Assembly (NCBI GenBank): GCA_051362555.1
Contig: CM120641.1
Location: forward strand, 30,634,401 to 30,698,400
Reading direction: 5' to 3'
Source: Lingula anatina
Lineage: Eukaryota; Animalia; Brachiopoda
DNA: 64,000 bases
In this document: piece by piece, positions 1 through 11,500 of the stretch
Layout: every line of letters begins with the position of its first letter
How positions within the stretch are numbered: position 1 is the first letter of the stretch
Notes under the pieces: model-generated
Told to the model about the DNA's origin: nothing
Seen by the model: the letters and a program-made list of their open reading frames with translations, nothing else
Database searches by the model: none
Translations under genes and position numbers: made by a program

Positions 1-1972
1 CTTGTCCAATATTTGTGAAATTTGGACAGATGATGCATCACAATAATACAAATCTGTGATAAGCTCATCAGTTGACTGTGTCTCATGAAAAAGATTTTTT
101 TTGGACAATTAATTTGAGAAAACTGAAAATAACACTGAAACGACTGCCAAATTCCATGGCTTGAAATAGTTAAACGTTAATAATTTTCACAAATCTTGTC
201 CAATAATTGTGGAAATTGGAGAGATGACGCTTAACAATAATAAAAATCTGTAATAAGCTCATCAGTTGACTGTGTCTCATGAAAAACATTTTTCAGAGCA
301 TATAAATGTGAGAAAACTGAAAATGACATTGAAAAGACTGCCAAATTCCATGGCTTAAAATAGTTAAACGTTAATAATTTTCACAAATCTTGTCTAATAT
401 TTGTGAAATTTGGATAGATGGTGCATAACAACAATAAAAATCTGTGATAAGCTCATCAGTTGACTGTGTCTCATGAAAAAGATTTTTTTTGGACAATTAA
501 TTTGAGAAAACTGAAAATAACACTGAAACGACTGCCAAATTCCATGGCTTGAAATAGTTAAACGTTAATAATTTTCACAAATCTTGTCTAATATTTGTAA
601 AATTTGGATAGATGATGCATAACAATAATAAAAATCTGTGATAAACTTATCAGTTGACAGTTGACATTTTTCAGAGCATATAAATGCGAGAAAACTGAAA
701 ATGACACTGAAAAGACTGCCAAATTCCATGGTATAAAATAGTTAAACGTTTTTATTTTTCACAAATCTTGTCCAATATTTGTAAAATTTGGACAGATGAT
801 GCATAACAATAATAAAAATCTGTGATAAGCTCATCAGTTGACTGTGTCTCATAAAAAACATTTTTCAGAGCATATAAATGTGAGAAAACTGAAAATGACA
901 TTGAAAAGACTGCCAAATTCCATGGTATAAAATAGTTAAACGTTAATATTTTTAACAAATCTTGCCCAATATTTGTGGAATTTGGAGAGATGATGCTTAA
1001 CAATAATAAAAATCTGTGATTAGCTCATCAACGTACTGTGTCTCATGAAAAAATTTTTTCAGAGCATATAAATGTGAGAAAATTGAAAATGACATTGAAA
1101 AGACTGCCAAATTCCATGGCTTAAAATAGTTAAACGTTAATAATTTTCACAAATCTTGTCTAATATTTGTGAAATTTGGATAGATGATGCATAACAACAA
1201 TAAAAATCTGTGATAAGCTCATCAGTTGATTGTGTTTCAAAAAAAAAAGATTTTTTTGGACAATAAAATTGAGAAAACTGAAAATGACATTGAAAAGACT
1301 GCAAAATGCGGTGCCTTAAAATAATTAAACATTAATAATTTTCACAAATCTTGTTCAATATTTGTGAAATATGGACAGATGATGCAAAACAATAATAAAA
1401 ATCTTTGATAAGCTTATCAGTTGACAGTTGACATTTTTCAGAGCACATAAATGTGAGAAAACTGAAAATGACACTGAAAAGACTGTCAAATTCCAAGGTA
1501 TAAAATAGTTAAACGTTTATATTTTTCACAAATCTTGTCCAATATTTGTGGAATTTGGAGAGATGATGTTTAACATAATAAAAATCTGTGATAAGCTCAT
1601 CAGTTGACTGTGTCTCATAAAAAAGATTTTTTTGGACAATAAAATTGAGAAAACTGATTATGACATTGAAAAGACTGCAAAATGCGGTGCCTTAAAATAG
1701 TTAAAGGTTAATAATTTTCACAAATCTTGTCTAATATTTGTGAAATTTGGATACATGATGCATAACAACAATAAAAATCTGTGATAAGCTCATCAGTTGA
1801 CTGTGTCTCATAAAAAGTATTTTTTTGGACAATAAATTTGAGAAAATTGAAAATGACACTGAGAAGACTGCAAAATGCGGTGCCTTAAAACAGTTAAATG
1901 TTAATAATTTTCACAAATCTTGTCTAATATTTGTCAAATTTGGAGAGCTGATGCTTAACAATAACAAAAATA

Positions 1973-2235
1973 ACATATCCTTACTACCAATACCAGATGT
2001 AGATTCCTCCTTACAATCGGTTTCTGGAATAGGGTTTAGCACACCATTTGACAATGTCTTAAAGCTTGCCATATATACCATCTATTGTACACATGGATGA
2101 GACATAGCATTGCTCTTGCTGTTGTCTTTTGCTGTCTGTTTTTTCTATAGGAATTAGCCCTGACCAGACAGGAAGAATCAGTTCACCAAAAAAGCCATTA
2201 CGCTGTATGGAAAAGGTCACCTGGAAAAAGAACAA
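1973..2235 (-). repeat. Short (S) cassette, first of 10 copies
   Basis: Sequence acatatccttactaccaataccagatg...ggtcacctggaaaaagaacaa. Copies are marked by the repeated 91-aa + ORF at 1825, 8395, 13995 (transposon-split), 21231, 25012, 34488, 36167, 42413, 48461, plus an older form at 53763. It lacks ~220 bp present in L. Confidence 0.95.
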
Positions 2236-5041
2236 TATGTTTGAAAAAAGTGAAAATTAAATTCTAAAAATTGACAAATTTCCCACACTAAAATAGTTGA
2301 ACAGTAATTTTGATAAACTTAATCTAAACAGTTGACTGTGTCTAATAAAAAGGATATTTTCAGAACATATAAATTTGAGAAAAACTGAAAATGACATTGA
2401 AAAGACTGCCAAATGCGGTGCCTTAAAATAGTTAAATGTTAATAATTTTCAAAAATCTTGTCCAATATTTGTGAAATTTGGACAGATGATGCATAACAAT
2501 AATAAAAATCTGTGATAAGCTTATCAGTTGACAGTTGACATTTTTCAGAGCATATAAATGCGAGAAAACTGAAAATGACACTGAAAAGACTGCCAAATTC
2601 CATGGCTTAAAATAGTTAAACGTTAATATTTTTAACAAATCTTGTCCAATATTTGTGGAATTTGGAGAGATAATGCTTAACCATAATAAAAATCTGTGAT
2701 AAGCTCATCAGTTGACTGTGTGTCATGAAAAAGATTTTTTTGGACAATTAATTTGAGAAAACTGAAAATAACACTGAAACGACTGCCAAATTCCATGGCT
2801 TGAAATAGTTAAACGTTAATAATTTTCACAAATCTTGTCCAATAATTGTGGAAATTGGAGAGATGACGCTTAACAATAATAAAAATCTGTAATAAGCTCA
2901 TCAGTTGACTGTGTCTCATGAAAAACATTTTTCAGAGCATATAAATGTGAGAAAACTGAAAATGACATTGAAAAGACTGCCAAATTCCATGGCTTAAAAT
3001 AGTTAAACGTTAATAATTTTCACAAATCTTGTCTAATATTTGTGAAATTTGGATAGATGGTGCATAACAACAATAAAAATCTGTGATAAGCTCATCAGTT
3101 GACTGTGTGTCATGAAAAAGATTTTTTTTGGACAATTTATTTGAGAAAACTGAAAATAACACTGAAACGACTGCCAAATTCCATGGCTTAAAATAGTTAA
3201 ACGTTAATAATTTTCACAAATCTTGTCTAATATTTGTGAAATTTGGACAGATGATGCATAACAACAATAAAAATCTGTGATAAGCTCATCAGTTGACTGT
3301 GTCTCATAAAAAAGATTTTTTTTGGACAATAAAATTGAGAAAACAGAAAATGACATTGAAAAGACTGCAAAATACGGTGCCTTAAAATAGTTAAACGTTA
3401 ATAATTTTCACAAGTCTTGTTCAAGATTTTTGAAATTTGGACAGATGATGCATAACAATAATAAAAATCTGTGATAAGCTCATCAGTTGACTGTGTCTCA
3501 TAAAAAAGATTTTTTTTGGACAATAAAATTGAGAAAACAGGAAATGACATTGAAAAGACTGCAAAATACGGTGCCTTAAAATAGTTAAACGTTAATAATT
3601 TTCACAAGTCTTGTTCAAGATTTGTGAAATTTGGACAGATGATGCATAACAATAATAAAAATCTGTGATAAGCTCATCACTTGACTGTATCTCATGAAAA
3701 ACATTTTTCAGAGCATATAAATGTGAGAAAACTGAAAATGACATTGAAAAGACTGCCAAATTCCATGGCTTAAAATAGTTAAACGTTAATAATTTTCCCA
3801 AATCTTGTCTAATATTTGTGAAATTTGGATAGATGATGCATATCAACAATAAAAATCTGTGATAAGCTCATCAGTTGACTGTGTCTCATGAAAAAGATTT
3901 TTTTTGGACAATTAATTTGAGAAAACTGAAAATAACACTGAAACGACTGCCAAATTCCATGGCTTGAAATAGTTAAACGTTAATAATTTTCACAAATCTT
4001 GTCCAATATTTGTGAAATTTGGACAGATGATGCATCACAATAATACAAATCTGTGATAAGCTCATCAGTTGACTGTGTCTCATGAAAAAGATTTTTTTTG
4101 GACAATTAATTTGAGAAAACTGAAAATAACACTGAAACGACTGCCAAATTCCATGGCTTAAAATAGTTAAACGTTAATAATTTTCACAAATCTTGTCTAA
4201 TATTTGTGAAATTTGGACAGATGATGCATAACAACAATAAAAATCTGTGATAAGCTCATCAGTTGACTGTGTCTCATAAAAAAGATTTTTTTTGGACAAT
4301 AAAATTGAGAAAACAGAAAATGACATTGAAAAGACTGCAAAATACGGTGCCTTAAAATAGTTAAACGTTAATAATTTTCACAAGTCTTGTTCAAGATTTG
4401 TGAAATTTGGACAGATGATGCATAACAATAATAAAAATCTGTGATAAGCTCATCAGTTGACTGTGTCTCATAAAAAAGATTTTTTTTGGACAATAAAATT
4501 GAGAAAACAGGAAATGACATTGAAAAGACTGCAAAATACGGTGCCTTAAAATAGTTAAACGTTAATAATTTTCACAAGTCTTGTTCAAGATTTGTGAAAT
4601 TTGGACAGATGATGCATAACAATAATAAAAATCTGTGATAAGCTCATCACTTGACTGTATCTCATGAAAAACATTTTTCAGAGCATATAAATGTGAGAAA
4701 ACTGAAAATGACATTGAAAAGACTGCCAAATTCCATGGCTTAAAATAGTTAAACGTTAATAATTTTCCCAAATCTTGTCTAATATTTGTGAAATTTGGAT
4801 AGATGATGCATATCAACAATAAAAATCTGTGATAAGCTCATCAGTTGACTGTGTCTCATAAAAAAGATTTTTTTGGACAATAAAATTGAGAAAACGGAAA
4901 ATGACATTGAAAAGACTGCAAAATGCGGTGCCTTAAAATAGTTAAACATAAATAATTTTCACAAAACTTGTTCAATATTTGTGAAATTTGGAGAGATGAT
5001 GCTTAGCAATAACAAAAATCTGTGATAAGCTTAACAGTTGA

Positions 5042-5500
5042 CAGTGTGTGATAGAATTGTAGTTGTTTGACATTTTGTATGCGAAGAGTGAGAATTATCT
5101 ACAATATTTTTTTTTCAATTTCACAACATCTAATTAGACTCACATTAAACATCAAATATTATGATTTGAGTTTGTTTGTGTAAGAGGTGACAAATTACCC
5201 ATAATTGTCCTCTGGAAAAGAATATATACCCATTTAAGACATCTCCTTACTACCAATACCAGATGCAGATTCCTCCTTACAATCGGTTTCTGGAATAGGG
5301 TTTAGCACACCATTTGACAATGTCCTAAAGCTTGCCATATACCATCTATTGTAAACATGGATGAGACATAGCATTGCTCTTGCTGTTGTCTTTTGCTGTC
5401 TGTTTTTCCTATAGGAATTAGCCCTGACCAGACAGGAAGAATCAGTTCACCAAAAAAGCCATCACGCTGTATGGAAAAGGTCACCTGGAAAAAGAACAAT
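5042..5500 (-). repeat. Long (L) cassette, first of 23 copies; exon-like core 5199-5484 on the minus strand
   Basis: Copies are marked by the repeated 60/65-aa minus ORF at 5302, 11097, 18989, 22770, 26551, 27498, 28445, 29782, 30729, 31676, 33013, 37706, 38653, 39600, 40937, 43952, 44897, 45844, 46985, 50000, 51306, with diverged copies at ~55660-56100 and ~57180-57630. The minus strand reads ttgttctttttccAG|GTGACC...ATTATGG|GTAATT. The repeat is certain; the exon status is inference. Confidence 0.95.
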
Positions 5501-8500
5501 ATGTTTGATAAAAGTGAAAATTAAATTCTAAAAATTGACAAATTTCCCACAGTAAAATAGTTGAACAATAATTTTGATAAACTTAACCTAAACAGTTGAC
5601 TATGTCTAATAAAAAGGACATTTTCAGAACATATAAATTTGAGAAATACTGAAAATGACATTGAAAAGACTGCCAAATTCCATGGCTTGAAATAGTTAAA
5701 CGTAAATAATTTTCACAAAACTGAAAATGACATTGAAAAGACTGCCAAATTCCATGGCTTAAAATAGTTAAACGTTAATAATTTTCACAAAATTTGTTCA
5801 AGATTTGTGAAATTTGGACAGATGATGCATAACAACAATAAAAATCTGTGATAAGCTCATCAGTTGACTGTGTCTCATGAAAAAGATTTTTTTTTTTGGA
5901 CAATAAATTTGAGAAAACTGAAAATAACACTGAAACGACTGCCAAATTCCATGGCTTAAAATAGTTAAACGTTAATAATTTTCCCAAATCTTGTCTAATA
6001 TTTGTGAAATTTGGATAGATGATGCATATCAACAATAAAAATCTGTGATATGCTCATCAGTTGACTGTGTCTCATGAAAAAGATTTTTTTGGACAATTAA
6101 TTTGAGAAAACTGAAAATAACACTGAAACGACTGCCAAATTCCATGGCTTGAAATAGTTAAACGTTAATAATTTTCACAAATCTTGTCCAATATTTGTGA
6201 AATTTGGACAGATGATGCATCACAATAATACAAATCTGTGATAAGCTCATCAGTTGACTGTGTCTCATGAAAAAGATTTTTTTTGGACAATTAATTTGAG
6301 AAAACTGAAAATAACACTGAAACGACTGCCAAATTCCATGGCTTGAAATAGTTAAACGTTAATAATTTTCACAAATCTTGTCCAATAATTGTGGAAATTG
6401 GAGAGATGATGCTTAACAATAATAAAAATCTGTAATAAGCTCATCAGTTGACTGTGTCTCATGAAAAACATTTTTCAGAGCATATAAATGTGAGAAAACT
6501 GAAAATGACATTGAAAAGACTGCCAAATTCCATGGCTTAAAATAGTTAAACGTTAATAATTTTCACAAATCTTGTCTAATATTTGTGAAATTTGGATAGA
6601 TGGTGCATAACAACAATAAAAATCTGTGATAAGCTCATCAGTTGACTGTGTCTCATGAAAAAGATTTTTTTTGGACAATTAATTTGAGAAAACTGAAAAT
6701 AACACTGAAACGACTGCCAAATTCCATGGCTTGAAATAGTTAAACGTTAATAATTTTCACAAATCTTGTCCAATATTTGTGAAATTTGGACAGATGATGC
6801 ATCACAATAATACAAATCTGTGATAAGCTCATCAGTTGACTGTGTCTCATGAAAAAGATTTTTTTTGGACAATTAATTTGAGAAAACTGAAAATAACACT
6901 GAAACGACTGCCAAATTCCATGGCTTGAAATAGTTAAACGTTAATAATTTTCACAAATCTTGTCTAATATTTGTAAAATTTGGATAGATGATGCATAACA
7001 ATAATAAAAATCTGTGATAAACTTATCAGTTGACAGTTGACATTTTTCAGAGCATATAAATGCGAGAAAACTGAAAATGACACTGAAAAGACTGCCAAAT
7101 TCCATGGTATAAAATAGTTAAACGTTTTTATTTTTCACAAATCTTGTCCAATATTTGTAAAATTTGGACAGATGATGCATAACAATAATAAAAATCTGTG
7201 ATAAGCTCATCAGTTGACTGTGTCTCATAAAAAAACATTTTTCAAAGCATATAAATGTGAGAAAACTGAAAATGACATTGAAAAGACTGCCAAATTCCAT
7301 GGTATAAAATAGTTAAACGTTAATATTTTTAACAAATCTTGTCCAATATTTGTGGAATTTGGAGAGATGATGCTTAACAATAATAAAAATCTGTGATTAG
7401 CTCATCAACGTACTGTGTCTCATGAAAAAATTTTTTCAGAGCATATAAATGTGAGAAAATTGAAAATGACATTGAAAAGACTGCCAAATTCCATGGTATA
7501 AAATAGTTAAACGTTAATATTTTTAACAAATCTTGTCCAATATTTGTGGAATTTGGAGAGATGATGCTTAACAATAATAAAAATCTGTGATTAGCTCATC
7601 AACGTACTGTGTCTCATGAAAAATTTTTTTCAGAGCATATAAATGTGAGAAAATTGAAAATGACATTGAAAAGACTGCCAAATTCCATGGCTTAAAATAG
7701 TTAAACGTTAATAATTTTCACAAATCTTGTCTAATATTTGTGAAATTTGGATAGATGATGCATAACAACAATAAAAATCTGTGATAAGCTCATCAGTTGA
7801 TTGTGTTTCAAAAAAAAAGATTTTTTTGGACAATAAAATTGAGAAAACTGAAAATGACATTGAAAAGACTGCAAAATGCGGTGCCTTAAAATAATTAAAC
7901 ATTAATAATTTTCACAAATCTTGTTCAATATTTGTGAAATATGGACAGATGATGCAAAACAATAATAAAAATCTTTGATAAGCTTATCAGTTGACAGTTG
8001 ACATTTTTCAGAGCACATAAATGTGAGAAAACTGAAAATGACACTGAAAAGACTGTCAAATTCCAAGGTATAAAATAGTTAAACGTTTATATTTTTCACA
8101 AATCTTGTCCAATATTTGTGGAATTTGGAGAGATGATGTTTAACATAATAAAAATCTGTGATAAGCTCATCAGTTGACTGTGTCTCATAAAAAAGATTTT
8201 TTTGGACAATAAAATTGAGAAAACTGAATATGACATTGAAAAGACTGCAAAATGCGGTGCCTTAAAATAGTTAAAGGTTAATAATTTTCACAAATCTTGT
8301 CTAATATTTGTGAAATTTGGATACATGATGCATAACAACAATAAAAATCTGTGATAAGCTCATCAGTTGACTGTGTCTCATAAAAAGTATTTTTTTGGAC
8401 AATAAATTTGAGAAAATTGAAAATGACACTGAGAAGACTGCAAAATGCGGTGCCTTAAAACAGTTAAATGTTAATAATTTTCACAAATCTTGTCTAATAT

Positions 8501-11500
8501 TTGTCAAATTTGGAGAGCTGATGCTTAACAATAACAAAAATAACATATCCTTACTACCAATACCAGATGTAGATTCCTCCTTACAATCGGTTTCTGGAAT
8601 AGGGTTTAGCACACCATTTGACAATGTCTTAAAGCTTGCCATATATACCATCTATTGTACACATGGATGAGACATAGCATTGCTCTTGCTGTTGTCTTTT
8701 GCTGTCTGTTTTTTCTATAGGAATTAGCCCTGACCAGACAGGAAGAATCAGTTCACCAAAAAAGCCATTACGCTGTATGGAAAAGGTCACCTGGAAAAAG
8801 AACAATATGTTTGAAAAAAGTGAAAATTAAATTCTAAAAATTGACAAATTTCCCACACTAAAATAGTTGAACAGTAATTTTGATAAACTTAATCTAAACA
8901 GTTGACTGTGTCTAATAAAAAGGATATTTTCAGAACATATAAATTTGAGAAAAACTGAAAATGACATTGAAAAGACTGCCAAATGCGGTGCCTTAAAATA
9001 GTTAAATGTTAATAATTTTCAAAAATCTTGTCCAATATTTGTGAAATTTGGACAGATGATGCATAACAATAATAAAAATCTGTGATAAGCTTATCAGTTG
9101 ACAGTTGACATTTTTCAGAGCATATAAATGCGAGAAAACTGAAAATGACACTGAAAAGACTGCCAAATTCCATGGCTTAAAATAGTTAAACGTTAATATT
9201 TTTAACAAATCTTGTCCAATATTTGTGGAATTTGGAGAGATAATGCTTAACCATAATAAAAATCTGTGATAAGCTCATCAGTTGACTGTGTCTCATGAAA
9301 AAGATTTTTTTTGGACAATTTATTTGAGAAAACTGAAAATAACACTGAAACGACTGCCAAATTCCATGGCTTAAAATAGTTAAACGTTAATAATTTTCAC
9401 AAATCTTGTCTAATATTTGTGAAATTTGGACAGATGATGCATAACAACAATAAAAATCTGTGATAAGCTCATCACTTGACTGTATCTCATGAAAAACATT
9501 TTTCAGAGCATATAAATGTGAGAAAACTGAAAATGACATTGAAAAGACTGCCAAATTCCATGGCTTAAAATAGTTAAACGTTAATAATTTTCCCAAATCT
9601 TGTCTAATATTTGTGAAATTTGGATAGATGATGCATATCAACAATAAAAATCTGTGATAAGCTCATCAGTTGACTGTGTCTCATGAAAAAGATTTTTTTT
9701 GGACAATTAATTTGAGAAAACTGAAAATAACACTGAAACGACTGCCAAATTCCATGGCTTGAAATAGTTAAACGTTAATAATTTTCACAAATCTTGTCCA
9801 ATATTTGTGAAATTTGGACAGATGATGCATCACAATAATACAAATCTGTGATAAGCTCATCAGTTGACTGTGTCTCATGAAAAAGATTTTTTTTGGACAA
9901 TTAATTTGAGAAAACTGAAAATAACACTGAAACGACTGCCAAATTCCATGGCTTAAAATAGTTAAACGTTAATAATTTTCACAAATCTTGTCTAATATTT
10001 GTGAAATTTGGACAGATGATGCATAACAACAATAAAAATCTGTGATAAGCTCATCAGTTGACTGTGTCTCATAAAAAAGATTTTTTTTGGACAATAAAAT
10101 TGAGAAAACAGAAAATGACATTGAAAAGACTGCAAAATACGGTGCCTTAAAATAGTTAAACGTTAATAATTTTCACAAGTCTTGTTCAAGATTTGTGAAA
10201 TTTGGACAGATGATGCATAACAATAATAAAAATCTGTGATAAGCTCATCAGTTGACTGTGTCTCATAAAAAAGATTTTTTTTGGACAATAAAATTGAGAA
10301 AACAGGAAATGACATTGAAAAGACTGCAAAATACGGTGCCTTAAAATAGTTAAACGTTAATAATTTTCACAAGTCTTGTTCAAGATTTGTGAAATTTGGA
10401 CAGATGATGCATAACAATAATAAAAATCTGTGATAAGCTCATCACTTGACTGTATCTCATGAAAAACATTTTTCAGAGCATATAAATGTGAGAAAACTGA
10501 AAATGACATTGAAAAGACTGCCAAATTCCATGGCTTAAAATAGTTAAACGTTAATAATTTTCCCAAATCTTGTCTAATATTTGTGAAATTTGGATAGATG
10601 ATGCATATCAACAATAAAAATCTGTGATAAGCTCATCAGTTGACTGTGTCTCATAAAAAAGATTTTTTTGGACAATAAAATTGAGAAAACGGAAAATGAC
10701 ATTGAAAAGACTGCAAAATGCGGTGCCTTAAAATAGTTAAACATAAATAATTTTCACAAAACTTGTTCAATATTTGTGAAATTTGGAGAGATGATGCTTA
10801 GCAATAACAAAAATCTGTGATAAGCTTAACAGTTGACAGTGTGTGATAGAATTGTAGTTGTTTGACATTTTGTATGCGAAGAGTGAGAATTATCTACAAT
10901 ATTTTTTTTTCAATTTCACAACATCTAATTAGACTCACATTAAACATCAAATATTATGATTTGAGTTTGTTTGTGTAAGAGGTGACAAATTACCCATAAT
11001 TGTCCTCTGGAAAAGAATATATACCCATTTAAGACATCTCCTTACTACCAATACCAGATGCAGATTCCTCCTTACAATCGGTTTCTGGAATAGGGTTTAG
11101 CACACCATTTGACAATGTCCTAAAGCTTGCCATATACCATCTATTGTAAACATGGATGAGACATAGCATTGCTCTTGCTGTTGTCTTTTGCTGTCTGTTT
11201 TTCCTATAGGAATTAGCCCTGACCAGACAGGAAGAATCAGTTCACCAAAAAAGCCATCACCCTGTATGGAAAAGGTCACCTGGAAAAAGAACAATATGTT
11301 TGATAAAAGTGAAAATTAAATTCTAAAAATTGACAAATTTCCCACAGTAAAATAGTTGAACAATAATTTTGATAAACTTAACCTAAACAGTTGACTATGT
11401 CTAATAAAAAGGACATTTTCAGAACATATAAATTTGAGAAATACTGAAAATGACATTGAAAAGACTGCCAAATTCCATGGCTTGAAATAGTTAAACGTAA

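Noticed and set aside
1825-2100. Repeated 91-aa plus-strand ORF (MDNKFEK...) as a multicopy gene
   Set aside because: It starts at TTG within a monomer and crosses the S deletion junction; its identity among copies reflects recent DNA duplication.
5302-5499. Repeated 65-aa minus-strand ORF (MFFFQVTF...) as a stand-alone CDS
   Set aside because: Its start is TTG inside the polypyrimidine tract, and the oldest copy has an in-frame stop. It is kept only as part of the exon hypothesis.
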